From: Podarcis muralis
Taxonomy: Eukaryota
NCBI RefSeq assembly: GCF_964188315.1
Contig: NC_135659.1
Location: 73,780,001-73,844,000, forward strand
DNA length: 64,000 nucleotides
Direction of reading: 5' to 3'
This document shows, piece by piece, positions 49,131 through 61,500 of this stretch. The notes beneath the pieces are model-generated. The model worked only from the letters and a program-made list of their open reading frames with translations, had not been told where the DNA came from and ran no database searches. Numbering within the stretch: position 1 is the stretch's first letter; every line of letters begins with the position of its first letter. The translations under genes were made by a program, and so were the position numbers.

Positions 49131-50483
49131 GTCACAGTGCACCAGGAGATTGTATACAGAAGTCACATCTACCAATACATTCAAAAGACTTTATCAGTCA
49201 TGGCTCCCACCCCCCAAATAATAATAATTCATGGGAGTCTTAGTTTGTTAAAGGTGTCAAGATTTATTAGGAGATAACTCAAGGAGCTACAATTCCCAGC
49301 ACCCTTAACAAACTGGAGCTCCCAGGATTTTTTAAGAGGATGCCTGTTAAACTGACATAAGAGTGCTTTAAATGTATGGTATGGTTGTGACCTAAGGCCC
49401 ACTAAAATGAATGTTATTTGCATATTTTGCCATATTTTGAAGAGCAAAAAAGAGGACACATTTGCCGGCTTCTACTTTTAACTATGGATCGCTGTGATGA
49501 CTCTCATTTTACATACCCATGAAAAAGAGGACGTGTCCTGGAAAAAGAGAACATATGGCAACCTTAATTTGCACAGGAGCACACATTAATCTTTGTATGT
49601 GATACACATTATCATCAATGTAAACTTTGCTGGATAATGTAAGTTAACACATGGGTCCCTGCTTGGTTTATGTTTCAAGCAGAGGAGGCAATAGAGAAAG
49701 GAAGAGGCAAGGGCAATGGGAGATGAATATGTGCAAATATGTTTCTGTGTGCTGATACAGGTTGCATGAATGCAGTGCTTGTGCGAAGGAAATGTTCCAC
49801 CTTTCCCCCCTGCATGCCCTGCGAAGCATCTCCTAAGGATCAGGGTACACCCAGGGAAGGCCTGGGATGTGAAGTAGGGGATTACAGTCTGCATGGGAGA
49901 ATCGGATGCTGGGAGCTTGTGCTTACTGCTCTCCCAACTTGATGGACCTTCATGGTATTCTATTGCTCATCACTGGTCTATGAGCTTCTGCGTGGCTATT
50001 TTTTAAAGCCGGTTTCCCATAAGCTAGTGGGAAGTTGCAGAACATGTTCTCCACACTCTCTGAAGGTTGTGCATTTGCAGAACAGGTTACAACAGTGTCC
50101 GGGTTACAACATCCAGAGTGAGACGCTTCTGCTGTCTTCTTGACTAGGCTGCTGCTTCATATTACAGCCCCTAGTGGTTAGCTAGTTGCCAAGTTTTCCG
50201 AGTATGCTGATGTCCCCTTAATTATGACAGCGGGAAGCAATGATTTGTTGTGCCCCTCGTGAACTAGTGAATTCTCTCCATAGTGACTGGCAGTTGCTCT
50301 GCGTTCCAACTCTACCGTTTTTGGCACCCAGACCTGCTTTGCTTTCCCTCCTTTACCTGGAGGTTAGAGATAAGTTTTTCTCGCTTTCCCATAATCTTCC
50401 AAAGTTGGAAGATTTAGGATAGACAAAAGGAAGTCCTGGTGGATAATTGTGCTCACTCAAGTGGATAATATTGGTATTAAAAT

Positions 50484-50485
<2 letters not shown>

Positions 50486-50524
<39 letters not shown>
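50486..50524. repeat. (TG)19 microsatellite
   Basis: Direct reading. Confidence 0.97.
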
Positions 50525-50525
<1 letters not shown>

Positions 50526-51628
50526 TATATATGTGTATGTCAGTGGGACTTGGTGGCACATCACTGTGTGTAGGGTTGTTGTCTTAATGTCAAATGGAGC
50601 ATTTCTGTTTTCCCTCTTCCTAGTCACTGTGTTTGGATTTGAATCTGTTGGGATGGATTGGAAAGGGAGATGAACTGGTGAGGTCTCTGTCTTCTCTCCT
50701 TCTCCATTAGGGGATGCCATCTGTACCAGCCTGCCTGTTTCTTGTACCTTATTGTATTGTTTTGCCATCCATTTCATTCTTCCATTACTTCTTTTCTTTC
50801 TTCTTTTGAACCAGTAATTCCTTTTAAATATGCATACATTTAAATATATTAGCACATGTGGGTATGATATGTCTGGTTTTCACCATCTTGGGAGAGCTAG
50901 GCACTCTTACTATTTGGCAACGCTCTTTGTAGCTCCACGTTCCTCTGGCGCTTTGGTAACCCACCATGGGAGGACTTCCTTGCTTTGCTTGTGGGTCGTC
51001 ACTCTTGTTGATTCCCCTCCTTCAACCAGCATGGTGGCTCACACTTTTGCAAGGCTGGACTGTGTGTACAAGCAACCCCAGGCGTCTCTTGGGGGCCGCC
51101 ATGTTTTTAGGGGCATTGACGGGGCAACAGACACTCTGAGAGGAGCACCTCCAGGTTCCCTGCCGTTGTTGCAAAGGATGCTGGGAAACTAATCTCAGAT
51201 GGGGTGCAGCTGCAGTTGCAAGTGCTGCTGGGGCTCACCGCTTGGGTGGCAAGGCGCAGCTACCTGGGGTGGCAAAACATCTTGAGCCAGCCCTGACTCC
51301 TCAGGGAAGGTTTTGGGATGAATTACAAAAATGCCTTTGGGGTGTCATTTGTACTAATAATGCCCCCTTTCTCTTCTCCCTCCCTCACCCCTTCCTTCCC
51401 ATCCATTGTATATTGAATGTGTGTGCCACCTCTCCCCTCTTAATCCTCTCCCCACCCCTGCACTGCCTTGCACAACCCTTGCATGGCTTTGAACAACGGT
51501 AACTACCTTTTTTTTTTTTTTTTGCTTTGGTTTTGAATTTTTTAAATTATTATTTTTGCTGTCGTTGCTCTTGTTCTGGCTGTCCTCCCGTTTTTGTGTG
51601 GGTGGTGACTCTTGTTGTCTCTCATTAG

Positions 51629-51974
51629 ATAGTTACGCTTCAGCCTCCAGTAAGGAGCGGCGGGTAGGTGAGAAGGATTCTGTTTGTGCTTCTCGTTGCC
51701 GCCGTGGGTCCCCTCCACCTACCACGTCTTCGCCCCACTCCCTCAGTGACTGTGTCAGCAGGTCCATGCCCTCTCAGCCTGACCCCTGCTTGATGGACGA
51801 GAGTTGGTTTGTTACCCCTCCCCCCTGTTTTACTGCAGAAGGTCCTGACCCCGTCAGCATGGAGAGCAACCCCATGGAGGACCTTTTGATTGAACATCCC
51901 AGTATGTCCGTCTATGTCACCAGCAGCAGCATCATTGTGGAAAGGGAGAATCCTGAGGAGCACATCCCTGAAGG
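51629..51974 (+). CDS. TP53INP2: TP53INP2 coding exon 2 (DSYAS...MDESWFVTPPPCFTAEG...MEDLLIEHPSMSVYVT...IPEG)
   Basis: Acceptor tctcattag at 51620-51628; the phase joins exon 1 (G+AT=Asp, giving DLPDSYA as in mammals). Contains the DOR-family motifs ESWFVTPPPCF and DLLIEHPSMSVY. Donor GG/GTAAGC at 51974/51975. Confidence 0.96.
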
Positions 51975-52212
51975 GTAAGCTCAGATCTTTCAGGGAAATG
52001 AGCCAAGACATTGGCTACTAAGAACAACCTCACCCACTATCAGATTTCATTACCATAATAATAATAATAATAGAATTAATTTAGGCAAATGAGTCTTGAC
52101 TGATGACATTCTAAAATTAATTCATTAACTGATGAAGAGCAAATGCAAATAGTGTCCAAAGTGACAATTGCCACAATCTTTAGAAATATAGATGTCTATG
52201 AAATTAAGTATT

Positions 52213-52600
52213 GTGCGGGTGGCGCTGTGGTCTAAACCATTGAGCCTCTTGGGCTTGCTGATCAGAAGGTTGGTGGTTCGAATCCGCCAAATGGGGTGAG
52301 CTCCTGTTGCTCTGTCGGAGCTTCTGCCAGCCTAGCAGTTCAAAAGCATACCAGTGCAAGTAGATAAATAGGTACTGCTACGGCGGGAAGGTAAACGGCG
52401 TTTCTGTGCGCACTGGCTTCTGTCACAGTGTCCCGTTGTGCTAGAAGCAGTTTAGTCATGCTGGCCACATGACCCGGAAAGCTGTCTGTGGACAAACACC
52501 GGCTCCCTTGGCCTGAAAGCAAGATGAGTGCCGCACCCCATAGTCACCTTTGACTGGACTTAACCATCCAGGGGTTCTTTACCTTTACCTTTTTTTACCT
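52213..52600 (+). mobile_element. Sauria SINE in TP53INP2 intron
   Basis: gcgggtggcgctgtggtctaaacc head, ggttcgaatcc B-box, (ttacct)n tail. Confidence 0.9.
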
Positions 52601-53323
52601 GTGTGGAAAAAAATAGTGTTCTCCCTGCTCATAATGCTATGTGAGAGAGGGGGTTATTTTTTTGTTTTTGTTTTGTTTTATTATGTATTTTGTGTTCTTA
52701 TTCTGCCCTGGTATGAAGGGTGGTATACAAATTTAATAAATAAGAATAACTCAGGAACATCCACTGAAGCAGAATGTTGATCAGTTCTGTACTTGTGCCT
52801 TTTCTGCTTCTTCCATCATTGAACATGATAACTTCATTTTAAAAGAATTGGGTGTGTTATTCTTGCATCTGACTGTTTTGATGTTGTACATGCAAACGCA
52901 TTCAAATATAGCTGATTTCCTACACACACTTTTTTTTATTATTTAAGCGACTAGGGTGTAGAAATAGTCCTGAGACCTGGAGGATGGCAGTGAAGCTCAT
53001 ATGTTCCCACCACGTATACAGTGTAATGTGTAACATGTTCAAATGCACAGACAGTTCATTCCATCCCTATCCCTGCAGAGAGGAGGGAGATCGCATGAGT
53101 TGTCTCTGCATACAACTGGTTCCATGTTTTGTGGCAGGCGCATTGGGAGGGCACAACTATTTCTGCTTCCCCGCTACACTTATGAGTGGACTGTTTTCGG
53201 TAGCTTTGATGAATAAGGCCTTTTGCAACTTTAGCGGAAGTCTCTTTTATGTCCTCTCAAGTACGCCTAATCCTGCCAAGAGCCTTGAACCACCCTGAGT
53301 CTTGTGTACCTTTGTTTCTGCAG

Positions 53324-53573
53324 TGAGGTACCTGAACGCCGTTTGCAGCGTCATGCCCCTCACCACTCCACCTCTCTTGCCACCAAGGCCGCCATCTTGG
53401 AGAAGGTCAACCAAGTGCGTCGGATTCAGAGGGCAAAGCAGCTGTCGGAGAAGCACAAGTTCAGTCAGAAAGTCATGCAGCGGCAGAACCGCACCAGAGA
53501 GTGCTGCCCGCGACGGGCCAAACACCAAGGCAGCTTTGTCTACCAGCCATGCCAGCGCCAATACAACTACTAA
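53324..53573 (+). CDS. TP53INP2: TP53INP2 coding exon 3 (EVPERR...QRQNRTRECCPRRAKHQGSFVYQPCQRQYNY*)
   Basis: Acceptor tttgtttctgcag ends at 53323 and the phase is consistent (GG+T). The C-terminus SFVYQPCQRQYNY-stop is typical of TP53INP2. Exon lengths 124+346+250=720 nt. Confidence 0.96.
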
Positions 53574-56500
53574 GCTACTTCAGGAAGTCTACACTGTGGG
53601 GCATTATCCTTTTAACTTTCAGCTTCACCAGTTCCTCACAATGCTTTCTTCAGCCAAGAGGGTCATCTTCGTCCATTTTCTGAAATAAACCCACTCCCCT
53701 CACCCCTTTGAGAAAACCTCCTATGTTCTCCTGAACTGGCAACGTTCAATAGTTGTTCTTTTGTGGGCTTTTCATGGGCTTTATATCTCCACCCCCACAC
53801 CCCCTTTTCAGCAAGAAATACATTTTCTGATCTACAGCTTCCTTTATTTTTGGGTTTAATCTTCCCCATTCCCATCCCTCCATCCACGAGCGTGGATTTT
53901 GATTTGGATCTGAAGGTGAGAGAAACCCAACATGACCCAGTAAAATGTCCCAGTAATAAGGCTGCAGGTCTATTTTGAAACTCCAATGTGGGTTGTTGTT
54001 GTTTTTAAAGAAGTGTTGGAGAAATATTCATGCCTCTTAGTTACAAAGAAAGGCCATTTATCTCTGGTTATATTCTTGATCACCAAGCGGCATGAAATCA
54101 CACACTCGTTATTGTAGAAATTACCAGTGGTAGACTAATTGGTGCTTCCAGTGAATATATCACAATTCAATTTCTTTCCAGTGAGTTACGTACATAGTAG
54201 GGCCAAATGGCCTTGTCATTTCCTTTGGTCCCTTGTTGTTGCACTAGGGAGCCTATGACATCAGTGCCTTTCTTTATGACATCACACTCTCTACAGTGTG
54301 GTGTCACAAATTGAGATACCAGGTTCATGTGCAAACTGGAACACAAAAATAACAAATAAACCAAACAAGTCCCAATGGAACTACTTAAAACTATATCTTA
54401 TGACAGATGTCTTTCCTTTAAAAATACACTAATTGCATATTTGTTCCTTTCACTGGGCTGATGTGGTGGCTAGTCATGAGGCATTCTGGCATATCCTTAA
54501 TTTTACTGGGGCTGTAAGACCCATGAAAATCTATGGGAGTTTTGCCATTGACTTCAATTAGAAGATGGATTGTGTCTGAATCTTCAGTTCAGTAGTGTCA
54601 TGTGATGTGAAATGGACCCTTTGAAAGTTCATTTTGAGCAGCTGTAACTGCCAGCAGTGGTTTATGGGTGCTGCAGAGGTTCACAGTTATTGAAAGGTCA
54701 AGCTTGCATTAACGTTGCTCTTAATCACACATGGCCTTTTTGAAATCCCTCTGATTATTTGCATAAAAGCTATCCTAGTTTTTCTTGCCATATCATTCAT
54801 GGCTCCATAACTTCATGAGCAAGTGTTTAAACCCATGTGTACAGAGCACAGTTGGATGTGGTACTTTTTAGAAGGACATCAGTTTGTGTGTGTAAGTGTA
54901 AAATAAAATAACTTCTAAAAAGGAAGGAAAAAAAACAAATTTTAAAATCCTAAATTTGCATCTTTACCCCATGCATTTTACCCTGAGGCTGATCATGGCA
55001 AACTTCCTCCAATGAAAATATTTCCTTGTCCTAAGGAAAGAAATTATTAAAAGTAATCTGAATAAAATAGAAACAGACGTTTGGCAGAGACTCTTGTTCT
55101 GAGGACTTTTATCAGGTTGAGTTCTAAGGGCACCAACCAGCTATGTCTGTGACAATTGGTTTCAATGGGAAACAGATATGTAAATAGTCACATTTCTTCC
55201 ATTGGTTTCAGTGGGATGGCAGGATCATGCCTTAATATTATGTTTAGTGGGGAAACATCATTTTTCGATCCTTGCCAACAGTAGAGCACTTCATATTCAT
55301 TCATGTTATCTTATTCTGGTGTTGATGCTAATGCCAAGGTCCTCAGCAAAGAAAGGGGCTTACACATAATTTTAGAGGTAATAAAGTATGTTGGAGGAAG
55401 TAATGAAGGATGTTAGATAAGAGATTGAATGAGGCTGGAGGGATGAAGTAAGTGGGTCAAAGACAGAAGGTAAAATAAAGTGTCCTATGCACACTTTCTC
55501 GAGAGTAAGCACCACTGAATTCAGTGGATAAGTAGGTTCAGGCTGCGTGTCAGTGAAGAAGGGATCTGAAGTTGTTGACCAGGTGTAAGCCAAAGACATG
55601 GAGGTCTGGACCCTGGAGAGTAGAATGAATACCCTCTAGAGAACAGCATGAGTACCCACACTTTGAAGAAAGTCTTTTAGAATCTAGAGCACCCAATAAA
55701 CATAGTCATTAGATTATGAGAACAAATAGCTTTGATTCTGTAGCCAGATTCTGTAGGAGGTCTCCTCTGATCAAGACCATTTCAGGAATAACTGGGTTTC
55801 ACTCTAATTATTTTAGACAAGCATTGTCCTGTTAAAAACAATCCCATATGAAATACCTGCAACGAAACTGTAATTTTTTAAACATTTATACTGTATTCTT
55901 ATTCATTTCCCCACCCACCCCTTCTATCAAGTTAATCACAGTGTTCACATCCTGATTATGGTCACAATGACCATTGATTCTTAAACACTTGCTCAGTCTG
56001 GTTGAGATCTGAAATTTTCTGTCATATTTAATCTGTACTGAGCTTAGGAATTTCCTATATAAAACCTCATAATGATCATTTGGTACTGTCTATATATACA
56101 TTTTAAAAAATAAGCTTGATACATGTTTAGAATAAGAAAGTAAATTATGTACTGAAACTCAGCTGAAAGGGAAAAAAGGTAGCATTTCAGTGCTGTGGTT
56201 TTATAGGGTTGCCATACATCAAAAAGTGAAAAGTTGTTGAGCAACCCTAGGTTTTAGAACCACCCACCCCTTATACTGTATAATATCACATTCTGCATGT
56301 GTTTCAAAAATGGCTTACCATGTGAAATTTGGAGAAGGGGGCTGCTATTGAAGAAATATAAGCCTAAAGCCTCTTGGCTAAGGGAATTAGCTGTGTGGTC
56401 CTGGGGGTCCTGGGCTGTGTTTCTAAAGTCAATAGCTTTATATTCACATGACACAACTGAACGGAAGATTTCCATCTGAGCTCAAATCAGACTAAAATTG

Positions 56501-58194
56501 TCTTCCACCGACCCGATACTGGCACTATACCTTGGCAGAACAGCATAGTAGAAATCCAGCTTTGTTAGCCATGTCAATGTTGGGAAAGTTGCCCCTATTG
56601 AATGTCTGCCTGTTCCACTGCTGTCAGATGAGCAAAAAAAAAAAGTCACCCTAAATGTTTTTCCAAAATTTAAACTACTCATCCAAACAGATGTTGGAAA
56701 CTTACATTTACTATACATTTGACCTGCTGGTGAAGAAGGTAAATAAAGACCAGATCTCACCCTAAAATCTTGACTTCTTCCTGTTCTTCTGCCATTCCCA
56801 CACCTATTTGCTGTCTTCATTACTCTTGAAGAGCTGGTGTTCATCACCTTGTCCTTATGAAATTGATGGCAAAACCCCCGTATAGGATCAGCCTTTGTGC
56901 CTTTTAACTGCTGCTGAAGAGGCATCAGTTTCAGCCAGTTATTGGTACAGAGGACTTGGCAAGCACCTTAACAAGGGCAGAACCTCAAAACTTGGTTGCT
57001 GGCATCCCTTGTCACCAGCTGCATGTTACCTCCAGGAGTAGCAGTTGAGAAAGACATGCCAAAATCCTGGTTCTTCATTTCTGAAGATAACACTAGACAG
57101 TTGCCCAAATTTCGTTTTATGTGTGAGTGCTAACACTTCCGCAGAAAGCCGTGGGGCCGACCTATCAGATAGAGAACGTCAAAGCTAATTGATTTAATTT
57201 TAGTTCTGGGGCAAATGCACTTGACCTGGAACTGAAAGCAGAGCAATTCAATTTATGACTGATTCTTCCACTTCTCCTTTAACTTACCAGGAAGGCGATA
57301 GAACTGGCAGGCCTGAGCGGGAGTCCTATGTACCTGTATGGTGGTGGCCACAGATTATGTCGGTTTCATTTGTGTCTGATTAAAATAGGGAGATTAACAC
57401 TTTCTCTAATCTTGTGTTTACATCTTTTTGCCTCTGTCATGTCACATTAAATGCCTTTTACCACTATAGCAGCTCTTGAACAAATCAAGGTGGTTTATTT
57501 GAAGAGCTGAAACACATTGGGGGGTGGGGGGCAGGGAGTGCAAATTCAATGAGTTTTGCATGTGGGAATTATCACACAAATGCCCAGATCCGCTTTGAAT
57601 CTGACAATTCAAAGATATTGAAAGCTGCATCTTGAATGTGATAATTTAATCTGGAACATTAGGAGTTAATTTTGGGGTGGATTTCATTATGTTGAGTCTA
57701 TATAGCTTAATATTCAAATTTTGGAAATAAGACTTTTGACATCCCCCTCCCCACCCTAAAAAAAATCACAAATATTGAATATCTCTGTTTTTTAAATGTC
57801 ATTTATGAGAAAGAGAGTGATGTTAGCGATTTCTGTTTTGATTCACTGGGTACTCTTTATTTTCGTTGCTGCAGAAATCAATTTTGGGAGGGGGCATCTC
57901 ACCAGAATAGGGCTTCTTTAAGTTTGCAGCTCTACAGCCCTGTGACACACCATGATGTCTGGTTGTGATGGGGAAACTACACCTCAAAGCTCTGAAAGGG
58001 CTGGAAGACCCGATCCATTTAAAATGTGGACATCACCTCTTACTACCACTTAGTCTTACAAGCTGTAGGTGAAATTTATTCCCACCATCTATGCTTCATT
58101 GTCAGTGAATCATGATTTACATGGTAATTGAACTTTTGCAAAGAAAGAGAGACTTCTGAAAACACCTGTATTCCAAACAGTGGCTTCAAAGAGT

Positions 58195-58271
58195 AGATTT
58201 CCTGCTTGGCAGGGGGTTGGACTCGATGGCCCTTGTGGTCTATTCCAACTCTATGATTCTATGATTCTAGA
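58195..58271 (+). mobile_element. CR1 extreme 3' end
   Basis: ggcagggggttggactcgatggcccttgtggtc...ccaactctatgattctatgattcta. Confidence 0.8.
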
Positions 58272-58464
58272 TGAGTTTGGAGCCTCTCCTTCCTTCTTTC
58301 TCCATGTCCTTAAGAATTCAAACTGTTTCATGTCTCCAAAGGAACGTTAGAAAGTCCATTTTTCTAAGTAAAAACTGGATTAGGTCACTTACTTACCTTT
58401 TCCTCCAATGCCGCTTTCTGTCCCCATCTCTGCAACATGTCCAAGAGGTTCTGACACCTTAACA

Positions 58465-58595
58465 CAGAGATGGGGAACCAGTGTTGTTGGACTGCAGCTC
58501 TCATAATCCCTGAACACTGGCTACGTTGGCTAGAGTTGATGGAAGTTTGAGTCTTACAACATCTGGAGGGCCACAGTTTTCCCATCCCTGCCTAA
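58465..58595. mobile_element. Palindromic hAT-like MITE family (ccagatgttg...ggactacaactcccatca); further copies at about 31925-32000, 47905-48045, 60255-60410, 62775-62885, 63200-63330
   Basis: Recurrent short imperfect palindrome with AGGGATGGG...CCCATCCCT-type ends. Confidence 0.65.
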
Positions 58596-61500
58596 AACCA
58601 ACACACTTAGAAAAAATTATATTGGCTTCAATGGGATATTCTTGCAGGTGTGCTCGGGGAAGGGGGGTAGTCCCAGTGTTAGATTCCTTCTAGAGATGTT
58701 GCCCTCCTACGGGGGTCAAAAATTATGGCAGTGTTTCACTCTGAGCAATGGGGCCTGGCTTCCTACTTCGCGCCCCATTAAAATTAGCATCGTATCTTTG
58801 ACTACAACCTTAAACATGCTACAGTAAGTTGCGTGATACCGTCCTCTGGTGATACTGTATAACTGGGTGACTTTATTATGTGAGCACTTGCACCTTTCGA
58901 TTGTTTCTGCTGGTTTGGTGCCTTAGCAGTGCACACAAAGAAATGCAGACAGCGGTTAGCAGGAAAAATAAGTATTTTACTGGCACAATTTTGCAGGTCT
59001 TCCCACCATTTTTCAATTATACTTGAGCACTTGGCCTTCGAAAAGGCTCCCAGGGTAGTGGCATTCCTTTCACAATGAGTGTAAAATGATGATGATGATG
59101 ATGATGATAAATACTTTAACAGCTCACAAGTTGTTGCCCTTTAATGATACCCGAAATCATCTGCTTGAAGCAGCCGCCTCACTCTGCCTAATGGCAGTGT
59201 CAGCCCTAACAACAAGTACTTATCCCATAATATTATTGCTTCCACTCTGAAGACTATTGCGAGCTCAGCCTGAGCTCAAAATATGCCCTGTGTAGTTTAT
59301 ATTGACCAGATTCGTGACACCATCCATGCCCCAGGCTTAGTTTTTAAAAATGCTAGAACAGGTTTTTAATGTTTTTAATATGCTGAGAAGTGGAGCACTA
59401 GAGTTTCATCATGTTCCTGTGATGCTAAAGGCAAACGGGGCTATTGAATCATGTCCTGCCAGTGAGCTTCCCCGAGGGATTTTCCTGGCTAACACCAGAG
59501 ACAGATTGGTGGATTAGAAGGACTCTTGGTTAGATCCAGCAAGACAGTTCTTACAATGCAGGAGAAGGGGGGGGGAGCTAAGGGGTTAATCTCTCAAAGG
59601 TGCAGAAATGTAACCAATTTCTTAAGCTCGTAGAACAGTACAAATTTTGGGGAGGAGAAAAGGTTCAATGGTTGAGTGTGCGATAGCTGAATTCAGAAAA
59701 CAGAAATTCAAGCTATTTTTTTCCTCTCAGATCACCTGGATCTAGTTCCCATCTGTGAAACGGGAGCCTCATAGCCATGTTCTGAGAATAAAACAGGATC
59801 TAGAGTTCTTATGGTAAACACAAAAACCTCCTTACTGCAGAGCAAATTCCAAAGTCTAATGATAAAATGTTAACCTGCTCTTTGTCTACATCCTATAAAC
59901 ACTGTAATTTAAAACACCTGTATAATGTCTGCATTGTTTTTGCTGTCACTAGCAGTTCAGGAAAGCCATCTTAACATTCTCATCCTGGCAATTCAGTGAT
60001 CAGTCCCAAGAATGGTGTTCAAAAATACCAACTACATAGTGCTCTCCTGTGTTAAGCCGAAGGAAAGGTGCTTAAAATAATAACTTCTGTGTGTGTTTGT
60101 GTATGTGGGTGTGCATTCACATTTGTAAATATGTTACAACAATGAGAGGATGCAAGCATTTTTTTTAAAACTTCAACCATTTAAAAGTTGTGACTAGCTG
60201 TAATGCTCCTGAATGAATGGCTGGGAGAGTGTTGCAATGGCATTGTTTATGGGATAGGCCAGGGGCAGCCAATGTAGTGCTCTCCAGATGTTGCAGGATT
60301 GCAGCTCCCATGATTCCTGTCCATTGGCCATAGTGACTCCAGTTCATGGGAGTTGTGGGCCAAAACATCTGGAAAGCACTGTGTTGGCTTGGCTACCCCT
60401 GGGATCAGTTGAGTTCTAACTTCTTTTTTATTTGTATAGGGAAAATTTACAGCATGGACTCAGGGACAAAACAAACAATGGTTGTTACCTTAAAAACACA
60501 TGTTTTAGAACTGTTTGATTTGGATGGGTATTTTGTCGTTGTATGTATGAGTCTGTTGATACAAATTTGCATGTCCTAAAGAAATTTACGAACTTGATAG
60601 AACTGCTGTTTTGTTTTTCTTAAAAAAGAAAGAAAGATATACCTTAGCATAATTTGTGAAACATACTCTGCAACTAACTGCTGCCTTTTGGTCAAGGAAA
60701 AAGGACTTGATTGCCACTGGCTTGGCTATATAACAGAATTAAAGCCAGTCTTTGGGATGTGACCGTTTTTAACAATGGCACAACCATATTGCGGTACTCC
60801 CGCACAGCAACGTGTGGATGACAAGTTGGAAAAGTGAGAGTGGCCATTTGTAACTCACTTCCTCTTTTAGACCTGCTCTCTTGTAAATACTGTTACATAC
60901 GTACAATTATATAATATAAATATATTTAAGCAATATTTTTTGTCAAAGTCCCCAAGTGTTTTGAGGGACACTGAGGAGGCAAAGAGAGCCAAGGCCTGTG
61001 CTCTGGAGAAAACCATAGCCAAGCCTATCACTGAGCTACAAACCATGAGGGAGCTCTTGCCCACCACTGGAAGTCAATGGGAATGAGGTAGAATTTCACT
61101 GGCAGAGAATACTCTGGGATATTTGCAATAAATGGCATAGGGAAGGGACACCTCAACATTCATTTGATTTGTTTAGTAATAATGTAATTAGTCAGTTGCA
61201 CTTAAAAGCAAAAAGAAAAGCAAGGAAGGCTAAAGCGCTCGATGGCAATCATACATCATGACAGAGATTTATTTTCCCAGTCACATTTAAATGAGTTTTG
61301 TTTTTGTGTACTGCTAGCAGCTGTAGACCCTTCCTGACTAGGCAGTAAAGAAGAAACTGAAGTCAGATGCCTAAACACACTAACTAGAAAATAAGTCTCA
61401 TTTAACTGAGAGAAATTTGTTTCTGTTTGGAATGGATGGTCAAGGCCATCTCAAACATTAAAGGGGGGGAAATAGGTCTCCACAGTGTTTCATTGATGTC

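Larger units (their letters stand above)
53574..60945 (+). other. TP53INP2: Putative long 3' UTR of TP53INP2 (end uncertain)
   Basis: Follows the stop codon. Several AATAAA occur (e.g. 53684, 54355, 54903). A U/A-rich UTR-like block with TGTAAATA lies at about 60480-60945. The extent is inferred only. Confidence 0.35.

Noticed and set aside
51556-51628. N-terminal extension of the exon 2 ORF given in the ORF track (TTG start)
   Set aside because: This is intronic pyrimidine-rich sequence; the true exon starts at 51629 after the first AG.
57283-58460. Strong minus-strand donor sites (CTG/GTAAGT about 57290, AAG/GTAAGT about 58395) suggesting an antisense transcript
   Set aside because: Such motifs are expected by chance in 64 kb, the flanking segments translate to nothing recognisable, and there is no transcript evidence.
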